Assembly: GCA_903929485.1 (NCBI GenBank)
Contig: CAIYUY010000097.1
Coordinates: 3,088-67,087, forward strand
Length of the DNA: 64,000 nucleotides
Source of the DNA: an uncultured Desulfuromonadales bacterium
Lineage (GTDB): Bacteria; Desulfobacterota; Desulfuromonadia; Geobacterales; CAIOGM01
Direction of reading: 5' to 3'
Shown: positions 1-9,446 of the stretch, piece by piece
Numbering within the stretch: position 1 is the stretch's first letter
How the letters are laid out: each line of letters starts with the position of its first letter
Notes under the pieces: model-generated
Databases searched by the model: none
The model's input: the letters and a program-made list of their open reading frames with translations, nothing else
What the model was told of the DNA's origin: nothing
Position numbers and translations under genes: made by a program

Positions 1-3000
1 TCAGAAGGAGAAAGGCATCTTCCAAAAACAGTTCGTCAGCGCCTGCGTGGGGGGTGATGATGACGAGACCGGAGATGTTTGCGGCCGCGGCGGACTCTTC
101 GGCTATGGCTGGATCCACCAGGCGGACAGCCTGACCACGAGCCCTGATAAGCTTCACCAGTTCCGTGGCAAAGGGGGAACCGTCGTCGGTCACCCAGAAT
201 TCACCGCTCCCCGCCGTTGCCAGCGCCAGGAGCGAAGGATCAAGGGGTAGGGGGATGACGGCGCTCCTGTCGACGGTTCCGGTGGGATCGGGTTGAATCT
301 CCACCGGAGGTATTTCCGGAATATTTTGTCGGGGCGACGAATGCGTTGCTCCGATGCATGCGACGCCGTTACCGAGAAAAGCAACAATGTCACCCAGGGT
401 TCGCAGGTTTCCCATCTGCTCAGGTCCGATGACCGGTGCGCCGGGAAGCCGCTCCTGAAGGGCCGAAAGGATCTCCACTCGCTTGATGGAATCGATCCCC
501 AGGTCCGAATCCAGCCCCATCTCCAGTTCCAGCATCTCCACCGGGTAACCGGTCTTTTCGCTCACCACCGTCAGGAGGGTGTTGGTAATCCTGACAGGCG
601 AATCGGACGGATCGGACGAATTCGACCGATGTTCCCTTGAGGTTGCTTCACTACCGAGAAAAACGACAATATCCCCCAGGGTCCGGAGATTCCCCATCTG
701 CCCGGGTCCGATGACCGGCGCGCCGGGAAGCCGTTCCTGAAGGGCTGACAGGATCTCCACCCTCTTGATGGAATCGATCCCCAGGTCCGAATCCAGCCCC
801 ATCTCCAGCTCCAGCATCTCCACCGGGTAACCGGTCTTCTCACTCACCACCGTCAGGAGGGTGTTGGTAATCCCGACAGGCGAATCGGACGGATCGGACG
901 AATTCGACCGATGTTCCCTTGAGGTTGCTTCACTACCGAGAAAAACGACAATATCCCCCAGGGTCCGGAGATTCCCCATCTGCTCAGGTCCGATGATCGG
1001 AGCGCCGGGAAGCCGCTCCTGAAGGGCCGAAAGGATCTCCACCCGCTTGATGGAATCGATCCCCAGATCCGAATCCAGCCCCATCTCCAGCTCCAGCATC
1101 TCCACAGGGTAACCGGTCTTCTCGCTCACTACCGTCAGGAGGGTGTTGGTAATCCTGACAGGCGAATCGGACCGATCTGACCGATGTTTAGACGCTGCTT
1201 CTCCCGCGCCGAGAAACGCGACAATATCCTCCAGTGTCCGAAGGTTCCCCATCTGCTCAGGGCCGATGATCGGAGCGCCGGGAAGCCGCTCCTGAAGTGC
1301 CGAGAGGATCTCCACCCGCTTGATTGAGTCGATCCCCAGATCCGAATCCAGCCCCATCTCCAGCTCCAGCATCTCCGCCGGATAGCCGGTTTTCTCGCTC
1401 ACCAGGGCCAGGAGAACGCCTGCTACGTCGGAGATGGCAACAGGGGTAGAGACGGATGATGATTCGCCCATGCCGGGAGCCGCCATAGTTGGAGTGATCG
1501 TCTCCGCGGAACTTTTTGCCGACCTTACTGACGCAGCCGGTGAAACCGGGACAAAAGGAAGGGGGACGGGTGCGGCGTCTCCACCCTGGAGAAGCCGGCT
1601 CTGCTGGTCGAGAAAGCTCTGAATGGTACGGCCGGCGGCTTCCTGTCCTTCAAGGAACTGACGGTGGAGCTGGGCGGTATCTTCCTGCATCTTCTGCAGC
1701 AGCGCCATGCTCTCGCGGGTGACCCGCAGGGATTCCATGAGCAAGGCAGGTTCAAGGTTCAAGGTTCCAGGGTTCGAAGTTCCCAGTCCCCGGTCCCCGG
1801 TTCCCATTCCCTGTTTTCCCAGTCCCCGGTCCCCGGTCCCCAGTCCCTGTTTTACCAGTCCCCGGTCCTCGGTCCCGGATCCCTGTTTTACCGGTCTCCG
1901 CTTTTTCGGTTTTACATAGTTGGCGCCACAGATGGGGACCGTCATGGCCGGCTTTTTCCCGGTTAGGGGGGGCGCCGGCTGGTAGCCGGCATCCCAGAGA
2001 TCAAAACGGACAGGATGACCAAGAACCGCCAGCTGGGCAAGGAGGCGGGCCAGGTCGGTGATCCCCGAACGTTTCCCCCCCGAGGAGTCCAGGGCAAGCG
2101 CCAGGTGACTTCGCTCTCCCAGAATAGCCTTGACCAGACCGGTCAGACGGGCGCCGGGGCCAACCTCCACAAAGGTATGGATTCCGGCGGCATGGAGCGC
2201 CTCGATCTCAGCCATGAACTCCACCGGCTGGGCCAGTTGTCCGGCGAGAAGTGACTTGGCCTCTTCATCATCATCCGGATAGGGTGCGGCGGTGGAGTTG
2301 GCATAAACCGGTAGTCGCGCCGCCCCGAAAACGATATCGGCCAGAGCCGCGCGAAACGGCTCGGCGGCATCGGCCACCAGCGGACTGTGAAAAGCCGCGG
2401 CCACGGGTAAACGTTTACAAGCGAGCCTGCGGGCGGCGAAGAGAAGGACGGCGCGCTCAATTTCGGCGCTGCTCCCCGAAAGAACCGCCTGAGACGGGGC
2501 GTTCCTGTTGGCGACCACCAGATCGAGCCCCTCTTCCGCAAGCGCTTGCTCCACCAGGGTCAGCGGGGCGGGCACCGCCACCATCCCCCCCCGATCGCCG
2601 CTCCCTGCCGCCATGAGAGCGCCACGGAGGCGGGAGAGGTGATGGAATGCTCCCTCCTCAACCCTCCCGGCGGCACAGAGTGCGGTCAGTTCGCCATAAC
2701 TGTGCCCGGCCGCCACGTCCGGGGCAAGACCGAAGGCGTTGAGCAACCGGAGAGCACCCAGACTTACCGCGCCGATGGCGGGCTGGGCCACATGAGTGGC
2801 GCGGAGCTCTTCCTCCAGCCGCTCTTTCCCCTGGGGAGAAAACGCCGTGGGAGGGTAAATCCGGTCAGAGAGGCTTAGACCATCGGGCGAGCCGTAACCG
2901 GCATCGGCCGCGGCCAGAACGGTAAAGAGCTCGGGGAAGGAGCAGGCAAGGTCGCGAAGCATCCCCGTGTATTGAGCTCCTTGCCCGGGGAAGAGGAAGG

Positions 3001-4741
3001 CAAGCTTTCCCGGTCTCTCACCCACGGAGTAGTAAGCGCCGTCCGGGGTCTGCCATGCTCCTTCACCGTTGGTCCGAAGCATTTTCAGGGTATTCCCCAC
3101 CAGGGTTCCCAGGTTCGTCCGGAGTCGCTCCACCACCAGGGAAAGGCGGTAAGGGAGGAGGGGGGCAAACCCTTGCCGGGCGGTTACAGCCCGATCACGA
3201 ATCTCGTCCCAGGGGAGATCACCGGAAAGCTCCGTCAGGGCACGCTCCAGTTCTCCGGCAGTGGCTCCGGAGAAGGGGATGATCTGCACATTCCCGTCCC
3301 AGTCGGCGGCCGCCTTGGTGGGGCGATACTCTTCCAGAACCGTGTGGAAGTTTGATCCGCCAAAACCGAAGGCGCTGACGCCGGCGCGGCGCGGCAATCC
3401 CCCGTAAGGGAGCCAGGGGCGTTTTTCCGTTGTCAGGTAGAAAGGAGTAGAGCCGGAGATAATATCTCCCTGGGGGGTGGAGAGTTTGATAGTGGGGGGG
3501 ATGACCTTATGGTGCAGGGCAAGGGCCGCTTTGATGAGCCCCGCCGCACCGGCGGCCGCCTTGGTGTGGCCGATCTGGGCCTTCACCGAACCCAGGGCGC
3601 ACCAGGGGCTATCCGCCTCGCCGTATACCTCGCGCAGGGCTTTTACTTCTACTGCGTCACCCACCTTGGTGCCGGTGCCGTGGGCCTCAATGAGACCGAT
3701 GCTCTCGGGGGTCACGCCGGCCCGCTGGTAAGCGTCGTGGAGCGCCTTTTTCTGTCCGCCGGCGCTGGGAGCATAAATGGCGTCCCCCCTGCCGTCACTG
3801 GAGGAGCCTACCCCACGGATTACGGCATAAATCCGGTCTCCATCCCGCTCCGCGTCGGCCAACCGCTTGACCACCACGATTCCCAGCCCCTCGCCCAGAA
3901 TTGTCCCATCGGCGGCGGCGTCGAATGGTTTCGCGTCGCCGGTGGGGGATAGGGCCGGGGTCTTGCTGAAACACATATACATGAAAATGTCGTTAAAGGT
4001 GTCGATACCTCCGGTGACCACCATGTCGGCCTTCCCCGTGGCCAGTTCCATCCCTGCCAGGTGAAGAGCGCTGAAGGAGCTGGCGCAGGCGGCGTCCACG
4101 ACGCAGTTGGTTCCTCCTAAATCGTACTGTTTGCTGATTCTGCCGGCGACTACATTACCCAGGAGTCCCGGAAAAGAGTTTTCCTGCCAGTCAACATACG
4201 AATCGGCGATCCGCTGCACCACATCATCAGCCACGGAATCGGCCACGCCGGCCTCCTTCAGGGCCGTGCGCCAGCGGGGGTGACCAAGACGAGCGCCCAG
4301 GGGTATCACCAGTTCCATGGCGCCGGTGACACCCAGGATGACGCTGGCCCGACTCCGGTCGTAGTCACGCTCCGGGCCGTACCCTGCATCCCGCAACGCC
4401 TGCCCGGCAGCCACCAAGCCCAGAAGCTGGGAACTGTCGATTGCCTCCAGGATGTTGGGAGGTATGTTGAACTCCAGCGGATTGAAGGGGACCGGTGAGA
4501 TAAACCCGCCGCGCCGACCGTAAGTCCGGTCGGGGGCTTTCCGGTTCTGATCAAAATAATCCTCGACCTTCCAGTGAGTCGCGGGGATATCGGTGATGGC
4601 GTCAATCCCCTCCCGGATGTTGGCCCAGTAGGTTGTGGCGTCAGCTGCTCCCGGAAAGAGGCAGCCGATCCCGATAATTGCAAGAGGTACGCCGGCGGCA
4701 GCCGGTTGGACGGCGTCAGGTTGTGCAGCTTGTCTGGTCAC
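1..4741 (-). CDS. pfaA: PfaA/Pfa2-like PUFA/polyketide-type synthase, N-terminal part (KS-AT-4xACP-start of KR). It runs off the window at position 1.
   Basis: Absent from the ORF track because there is no stop in the window. Manual reverse translation from GTG at 4741 stays open to position 1. KS motifs: PLAIIGIGCLFPGA, DAACASS, GSVKAQIGHTKAAAG, SAFGFGGSNFH (about 4690-3340). AT motifs: FLFPGQGAQYTGM, GHSYGE, AFHSPL (about 3010-2030). Four ACPs each carry LGIDSIKRVEIL. The sequence then continues EFWVTDDGSPF..GLVIITP, a KR-like start. Confidence 0.9.
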   Translation of the reverse strand, partial: MTRQAAQPDAVQPAAAGVPLAIIGIGCLFPGAADATTYWANIREGIDAITDIPATHWKVEDYFDQNRKAPDRTYGRRGGFISPVPFNPLEFNIPPNILEAIDSSQLLGLVAAGQALRDAGYGPERDYDRSRASVILGVTGAMELVIPLGARLGHPRWRTALKEAGVADSVADDVVQRIADSYVDWQENSFPGLLGNVVAGRISKQYDLGGTNCVVDAACASSFSALHLAGMELATGKADMVVTGGIDTFNDIFMYMCFSKTPALSPTGDAKPFDAAADGTILGEGLGIVVVKRLADAERDGDRIYAVIRGVGSSSDGRGDAIYAPSAGGQKKALHDAYQRAGVTPESIGLIEAHGTGTKVGDAVEVKALREVYGEADSPWCALGSVKAQIGHTKAAAGAAGLIKAALALHHKVIPPTIKLSTPQGDIISGSTPFYLTTEKRPWLPYGGLPRRAGVSAFGFGGSNFHTVLEEYRPTKAAADWDGNVQIIPFSGATAGELERALTELSGDLPWDEIRDRAVTARQGFAPLLPYRLSLVVERLRTNLGTLVGNTLKMLRTNGEGAWQTPDGAYYSVGERPGKLAFLFPGQGAQYTGMLRDLACSFPELFTVLAAADAGYGSPDGLSLSDRIYPPTAFSPQGKERLEEELRATHVAQPAIGAVSLGALRLLNAFGLAPDVAAGHSYGELTALCAAGRVEEGAFHHLSRLRGALMAAGSGDRGGMVAVPAPLTLVEQALAEEGLDLVVANRNAPSQAVLSGSSAEIERAVLLFAARRLACKRLPVAAAFHSPLVADAAEPFRAALADIVFGAARLPVYANSTAAPYPDDDEEAKSLLAGQLAQPVEFMAEIEALHAAGIHTFVEVGPGARLTGLVKAILGERSHLALALDSSGGKRSGITDLARLLAQLAVLGHPVRFDLWDAGYQPAPPLTGKKPAMTVPICGANYVKPKKRRPVKQGSGTEDRGLVKQGLGTGDRGLGKQGMGTGDRGLGTSNPGTLNLEPALLMESLRVTRESMALLQKMQEDTAQLHRQFLEGQEAAGRTIQSFLDQQSRLLQGGDAAPVPLPFVPVSPAASVRSAKSSAETITPTMAAPGMGESSSVSTPVAISDVAGVLLALVSEKTGYPAEMLELEMGLDSDLGIDSIKRVEILSALQERLPGAPIIGPEQMGNLRTLEDIVAFLGAGEAASKHRSDRSDSPVRITNTLLTVVSEKTGYPVEMLELEMGLDSDLGIDSIKRVEILSALQERLPGAPIIGPEQMGNLRTLGDIVVFLGSEATSREHRSNSSDPSDSPVGITNTLLTVVSEKTGYPVEMLELEMGLDSDLGIDSIKRVEILSALQERLPGAPVIGPGQMGNLRTLGDIVVFLGSEATSREHRSNSSDPSDSPVRITNTLLTVVSEKTGYPVEMLELEMGLDSDLGIDSIKRVEILSALQERLPGAPVIGPEQMGNLRTLGDIVAFLGNGVACIGATHSSPRQNIPEIPPVEIQPDPTGTVDRSAVIPLPLDPSLLALATAGSGEFWVTDDGSPFATELVKLIRARGQAVRLVDPAIAEESAAAANISGLVIITPHAGADELFLEDAFLLL
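330..1430 (-). repeat. Four tandem ACP-domain coding repeats (periods 282, 282 and 273 bp)
   Basis: The string cttgatggaatcgatcccc recurs at 483, 765 and 1046, with variant cttgattgagtcgatcccc at 1319. The two middle copies are near-identical at DNA level. Confidence 0.9.
1783..1890 (-). repeat. 3 x 36-bp tandem repeat encoding a 12-aa unit (KQGxGTxDRGLx) in the AT-ACP linker
   Basis: The unit cccagtccccggtccccggtNcccNNtccctgtttt is seen three times head to tail. Confidence 0.8.
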
Positions 4742-6375
4742 CCAAGATACTCCTTGATCTGTTCAATGGGGAGGGGTTCGGCTCGGAGGAGTTCCGGCGG
4801 AAGGGCAATCCCCTGTCGCCGCAGGGAGGCTGCGCGTGCCAGCAGCGCGGCGCCGAAGAGGAGGTTAAGCGCCACCGTCGTCACCTTACGCTGCTCCGGT
4901 CCCTCCAGGAACGAACCGGCGCTCCACTCGTTAAAGGCGCCCATGGCCGGACCGCACCAGATCTGGTAATCCATCCGTCGGGAAGGTACTCCATCCTTGG
5001 CCCAGTGGGCTCCCTGCCCCAGATACCAGCGAAAGACGAGAGCCATCCGGTGACGGGGATCACGTTCTGCTCGTTCTACCTGACGCGGGTCCCGGCGGAG
5101 GAAATAGGCGCGGCTCTCCTGCCAGATCTGCTCCAAGGGAGCGAGAAAGAGGCTTTTTTCAAGTTTTTCCCGTTCCAGGGGGGGGAGTTCGTCCAAGCCG
5201 GAGCATGTGCGGTAAAGGTCATAAAGCTTGGCGGCGCGCATGGGAAACATGGTTCCCCTTTTCAGTACCTGCACCGTCACCCCCATCTCGAACATGTCGG
5301 CGGCCGGGGCCATGGTCACATCCGCCTGACGAGTAACGGCAAGCATCTCCCGAACCGCGGCGGAGGTTCCCGATTCCACGCAGGCCTGATGCACCGATCC
5401 CGCCATGATGTAGTCTGCTCCCATGGCAAAGGCGGCGGAAGCGGATGCCGGTGTCCCGATGCCGCCGGCCAGACCCACCCGGAGCTTGACCTCGTAGCCA
5501 TGGGCCGCCTGCATTCTGCCGGCAAGGGAGAGAATGGTGGGGAAAAGGGCCAGGGCAGGGCGGTTATCAGTGTGACCGCCGGAATCGGCCTCGGCGGTGA
5601 TCTCCTGGGCCATGGGAATCCGGGCTGCCATTCCTGCCTGCTGGACGGTTATGCTCCCCTCGGCCACCAGCGCCTTGAGAAATTTTTCCGGTGGGGGGGA
5701 GAAGAAGCGTTCGGCCAACTCCTCTCGGGAAACCTTGGCGATGATCCGGTTTGGGGTGACAATGACCCCATCTCCGTTTTCATGGATGCCGTGGAGCCGG
5801 TAGCGAACAAGAGACAGGGTCAGGGCGAGAAAGGCCGACGCCTCCACCAGACGGACCCCTTTCCGGATATAGAGCTCCACCAACGCCGTCTCCAACTCCG
5901 GCTCATGGGGGGAGTGGATAAGATTGACGCCGTAGGGGACTCCCGAGGTTGCGAGTATATCCAGCGCCGTCTCCACGCTTTCCAGGGGGAGACCTGCCGC
6001 GCCGAAGAAGCCGAGCATCCCCGCTGCTCCCAACTCCACCGCCATGGCGACGGAACTGATCCCCTTGGCCATGGAACCACCGAGGTAGGGATAACGAATC
6101 CCCAGTTCGGCGCAGAAACCGGGATCCCCCAGCTGTTCCGGGGTACAGGAGGAGGCATAACCCAGAAGAGGGTGAGAGTCACTGGGGGCGGCATCTCCGC
6201 ACAGGGACGCGTAGCCACCTGACACGGTGGTAGCTGTCCCGTTCTTTTCCACCACAAAAAGCGGCTCGCGGAGTCGGCGCAAAGAATCCACCATCCCCCG
6301 GTTCCGAAATGAATCTTCTGGAGAGGCGGGCCGCCACCAGCCATGGGCGCCCCCCTGCGGTTCAAACGGTGTCAA
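4738..6375 (-). CDS. pfaD: PfaD-family enoyl reductase (2-nitropropane dioxygenase-like) of a PUFA/polyketide synthase
   Basis: ORF 4738..6552. Typical PfaD features: GWW..SF N-terminus, LGIRYPYLGGSMAKGISS, GGIGTP, ADSGGHTD. I prefer TTG at 6375, preceded by GGAGGA 5 nt upstream, giving 545 aa; the frame stays open to 6552. Its stop overlaps the pfaA start (GTGA). Confidence 0.85.
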   Translation of the reverse strand: MTPFEPQGGAHGWWRPASPEDSFRNRGMVDSLRRLREPLFVVEKNGTATTVSGGYASLCGDAAPSDSHPLLGYASSCTPEQLGDPGFCAELGIRYPYLGGSMAKGISSVAMAVELGAAGMLGFFGAAGLPLESVETALDILATSGVPYGVNLIHSPHEPELETALVELYIRKGVRLVEASAFLALTLSLVRYRLHGIHENGDGVIVTPNRIIAKVSREELAERFFSPPPEKFLKALVAEGSITVQQAGMAARIPMAQEITAEADSGGHTDNRPALALFPTILSLAGRMQAAHGYEVKLRVGLAGGIGTPASASAAFAMGADYIMAGSVHQACVESGTSAAVREMLAVTRQADVTMAPAADMFEMGVTVQVLKRGTMFPMRAAKLYDLYRTCSGLDELPPLEREKLEKSLFLAPLEQIWQESRAYFLRRDPRQVERAERDPRHRMALVFRWYLGQGAHWAKDGVPSRRMDYQIWCGPAMGAFNEWSAGSFLEGPEQRKVTTVALNLLFGAALLARAASLRRQGIALPPELLRAEPLPIEQIKEYLG

Positions 6376-6593
6376 GCGGTCCTCCGGATAATCGTAAATA
6401 AAGTTGGAACAACCCCCTGGCTTGGTCGACGAAGGAGGAGCGGGCGGGATCAAGCGTGGCCACGGCAACCTGTTCCGATGAAATCGTAACTTCGAAAACT
6501 GTCCGGATAAAGGGTAGCCTGTATCTTTAACCGAAATCGAAGAATAACGCAACCGGCTTATGCCATGCCGCCATACTGATAGCTTGACACCGG

Positions 6594-7733
6594 ATGATTT
6601 TCAGCATACATGATCGGAAAGATCAAAATATCCGGCATCACCAGGGCATCAGGCGTTCGACGCCGTCACTTTTAGTCTCACTGCCGGAAGAAGCATTCGG
6701 CACGGAGAGAACGCTGATTCTTCCTTGCCGGCCGATAACGGCGCACTACGCAGGAAATGGTTGCAACTACACGATTTTTTTGCCAGGAGCTCTTCCCGTG
6801 ACCTTTAAACGTATCCTGCTGATCATTCTCACCCTCCTGGCTGTCGCCGGAGGCATCGTCGGCTTCGCCTTCGTTTCCCTCCCCCCGGTGGAGCCTTTGA
6901 AAAAACGCTCCTGCAACATGACCATCCCGGTGAAAGACTGGCAGGGGAATTATCACCCCTTTGTCGTGGGGCCCAAAAATCCTTACTGGACCGGGTCAAG
7001 GAGCATCCCGGCGGAGATGAAGTGGTCGGTGATCCTGGCGGAGGATGCAAGTTTCTACAAACATGACGGGATCGACGTCAAGGCGATCAAAAAAGCGATC
7101 CAGTATGATCTGGAGAAGCAGTCCCTGGCCCGTGGGGCCTCCACCATCACTCAGCAGACCGCAAAAAATCTTTTCCTTTCCCGGGAAAAGAGCATCAGCC
7201 GGAAAATCCGGGAGGTCATCCTGGCCAAGCGGATGGAGCAGGAACTGACCAAGGGGAGGATCCTGGAGCTCTACCTGAACGTGGTGGAGCTGGGACCCAT
7301 GGTCTACGGCATCGGTCACGGCGCCCGCTTCTACTTCGGCAAGTCCGCCGCGCTCCTTACCCCCCGGGAGAGCACCTTTCTGGCCGCCATGCTCCCCGGC
7401 CCGCGGGTGGCCTTCAACCCGTACCGGGATGTGGACAAGGTCATGAAGCGATCGGACCTGATCCTGAAGCTCCTGCGAAAACGGGGAGTTTTAACGGAGG
7501 AGGAGTACCAGCGGGCGTTGGCGGAAACACCGAACATCGCCGGGCTCCAGCGGAAAGTAGATGCAAGTATCAAGAAGGAAGAGGCGTTCCCCAACCGGAG
7601 CAGCGTCATGGGGCCGGCGCTCCCGGCCGTGGGGAGCGGCGAAGAACTTCCGGCCCGAGAGGAATCCGGCGAGGCGGTGAGAGAAGCGGAACCGAAGGAG
7701 GGAGAGGCGCGACCGGAAGCGGAGCGGAAATAA
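6594..7733 (+). CDS. mtgA: Monofunctional peptidoglycan glycosyltransferase (GT51) with a Glu/Pro/Ala-rich C-terminal tail
   Basis: Motifs EDASFYKHDGID, RGASTITQQTAKN, RKIREVILA..E and a TM helix ILLIILTLLAVAGGIVGFAF. The true start may be GTG at 6798 (ggagc lies upstream). Confidence 0.85.
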   Translation: MIFSIHDRKDQNIRHHQGIRRSTPSLLVSLPEEAFGTERTLILPCRPITAHYAGNGCNYTIFLPGALPVTFKRILLIILTLLAVAGGIVGFAFVSLPPVEPLKKRSCNMTIPVKDWQGNYHPFVVGPKNPYWTGSRSIPAEMKWSVILAEDASFYKHDGIDVKAIKKAIQYDLEKQSLARGASTITQQTAKNLFLSREKSISRKIREVILAKRMEQELTKGRILELYLNVVELGPMVYGIGHGARFYFGKSAALLTPRESTFLAAMLPGPRVAFNPYRDVDKVMKRSDLILKLLRKRGVLTEEEYQRALAETPNIAGLQRKVDASIKKEEAFPNRSSVMGPALPAVGSGEELPAREESGEAVREAEPKEGEARPEAERK

Positions 7734-7763
7734 CCGGACGTCTCCGGTAACAACCTCTGTTTG

Positions 7764-7803
7764 CTCAGTAAAACGGAGCATCGGACTACTCCGTTTTACT
7801 GAG
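7764..7803 (+). terminator. Perfect 15-bp stem-loop 30 nt after the mtgA stop
   Basis: ctcagtaaaacggag / ctccgttttactgag with a 10-nt loop. The downstream tract is only weakly U-rich. Confidence 0.5.
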
Positions 7804-7885
7804 TCTGCGTTATTCAGCCATGCTACCTGATGTAACATTGGCGGGAGAGAGTAGCACCTCATGCGCGAAGAGTGAGCCCCGGTAG

Positions 7886-8256
7886 TTACACAGCTTCAAT
7901 CTCGAACCCCACGATGTTCCGACTACCGCGGCTGAACTTGACGCCGATGAGAGTGATCGGTTCGCCGTACCGCCGGTATTTCTCGGCATACCCCTTGCTC
8001 TTCAACTGCTCCAGAGCCTTGCCCAGGGGAACCATCTCCACCACCTTGAATTCAAACAGGTAGATCCGGCGGTTAAACCGCACCGCCATGTCGATCCGCC
8101 CTCTGTTGGTGGCGTCTGCCACGGTTATCTCCAGCCCCAGGGCGGCGAAGTAACTGTAGAAGATACTGGCGTAGTACCCCTCGTAGCCGGCAAGCTGGTT
8201 CTTTCGGTACCAGTCGTGGGGGATGGAAGCAAAGAAGGTTGGAATAGCAGTTATCT
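7886..8256 (-). pseudogene. C-terminal fragment of a PD-(D/E)XK nuclease (PDDEXK_9 domain of AAA-ATPase-like proteins)
   Basis: The frame reads ..IPTFFASIPHDWYRKNQLAGYEGYYASIFYSYFAALGLEITVADATNRGRIDMAVRFNRRIYLFEFKVV..KGYAEKYR..ITLIGVKFS. Only about 120 aa remain, with no plausible start, and the fragment abuts the stop of the upstream gene. Confidence 0.6.
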
Positions 8257-9306
8257 CTACATAATGAGCATCGCCGCCACCTGTTCCTCGCCGTAATCAT
8301 TGCCCACGACGATCTCCCCCTCCACACCGTCGCTGACCACCAGAATCCGGCACTGAATCCCCGCTTCCGCCCGGGTGTAGCGAAGGAGAATCCTGGCGGC
8401 GCTCCCCAACTGCTCGTCATCCGCTCCCCCCACCACGACCCCCATGGGGCTCCCCCCGTCCAGCCAGCGAAGATACGCCATTCCCGGCCGGGCGGCCTCC
8501 TCAAGAAGTCGGTTGTTCTCCTCGTTGCGCCCCACGATGAGCTTGACGTCGGGACTCAGCCGGAAGTGCCGCCCCAGCCGGAGAAGCCGGAAATCCAAGG
8601 GGTCCATGATCTGATTGTGGGTGAAGAGGTCGCGAATCTTCCCCTGAAAGGAGAGTTCAGTGAGGAGACATCCCCCAGCCGGGGAGGGATAATCTTCCAT
8701 TCCCAGCTCATGCGCCAGACGCATCTGCACTTTGCGGGAACGGCCGGTGATGCCGAAGAGTTTTTCCCGGTCCACCCATCCTTCCTGTTCCGGAATCGTG
8801 GGGGGAAGAAAGCGGGCCGACAGGGGGCGGAGGAGAAGTCCCATGAGGCCGCTCTCCCGCTCCACCACCCGGAGGGTATCCTTGCGCTGGCTCATGGGGC
8901 GCTGCCCCAGAACCTCGCCGCTGACCACGAAATCGGCGCCGTATTCCGGCATCAGCCCCCTGGCTACCCGAAACATCCAGGCATGACAATCCACGCAGGG
9001 GTTCACCGCCTTGCCGTAGCCGTGATTGGGGTTGCGCAGCATCTCCAGATAGTCGCCACCCAGATCATGAACGACCAGCGGGACCCCCAGGATGTCGGCG
9101 GAACGTCGGGCATTGTACTTCCCCGTGGCTTCATCCCCGGCGCCAAAGAAAGGAGAGGTGAAATGAAGGGCGGTAACGCCGATCCCCTGGTTCTGCATCA
9201 GCCGTACCGACAGTTGTGAATCGAGTCCCCCGGAAAAGAGGGCGATAGCTGCGTGTGCGTGTGCGATGGGTTCCTCCCGCGCCGGAGCGCTTTTTTTCTT
9301 CGGCAT
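8257..9306 (-). CDS. PP-loop ATPase, ThiI/tRNA-sulfurtransferase-like, without a THUMP domain
   Basis: SGGLDS PP-loop, NPCVDCH, and VVSGEVLGQRPMSQ, which resembles the ThiI C-terminal domain. Confidence 0.7.
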   Translation of the reverse strand: MPKKKSAPAREEPIAHAHAAIALFSGGLDSQLSVRLMQNQGIGVTALHFTSPFFGAGDEATGKYNARRSADILGVPLVVHDLGGDYLEMLRNPNHGYGKAVNPCVDCHAWMFRVARGLMPEYGADFVVSGEVLGQRPMSQRKDTLRVVERESGLMGLLLRPLSARFLPPTIPEQEGWVDREKLFGITGRSRKVQMRLAHELGMEDYPSPAGGCLLTELSFQGKIRDLFTHNQIMDPLDFRLLRLGRHFRLSPDVKLIVGRNEENNRLLEEAARPGMAYLRWLDGGSPMGVVVGGADDEQLGSAARILLRYTRAEAGIQCRILVVSDGVEGEIVVGNDYGEEQVAAMLIM

Positions 9307-9446
9307 GCTATCACAAAAGGTCGGCAGCTGTAAAGGAGGGGGGGGCGGGTTTCACTGGGGGTAAGTTTCATTTGACGGATCACACCACACGTGATTTACT
9401 GTTTCCCAGGGGGATTTGAAAAAACCCGGAGCAGGAGGAGAGAAGA

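Noticed and set aside
330-1430. Regular about 280-bp repeats, considered as a possible CRISPR-like or satellite array
   Set aside because: They are in-frame ACP domains of the synthase. The period is far too long for CRISPR and there are no unique spacers.
4678-6222. 514-aa plus-strand ORF
   Set aside because: It lies antisense to pfaD. It has low-complexity Gly/Arg/His-rich sequence and no recognisable domain.
6376-6552. N-terminal 59-codon extension of pfaD back to the TTG at 6552
   Set aside because: The extension is low-complexity and has no SD. The TTG at 6375 has GGAGGA 5 nt upstream and gives the usual PfaD length. The frame is open, so the longer form cannot be excluded.
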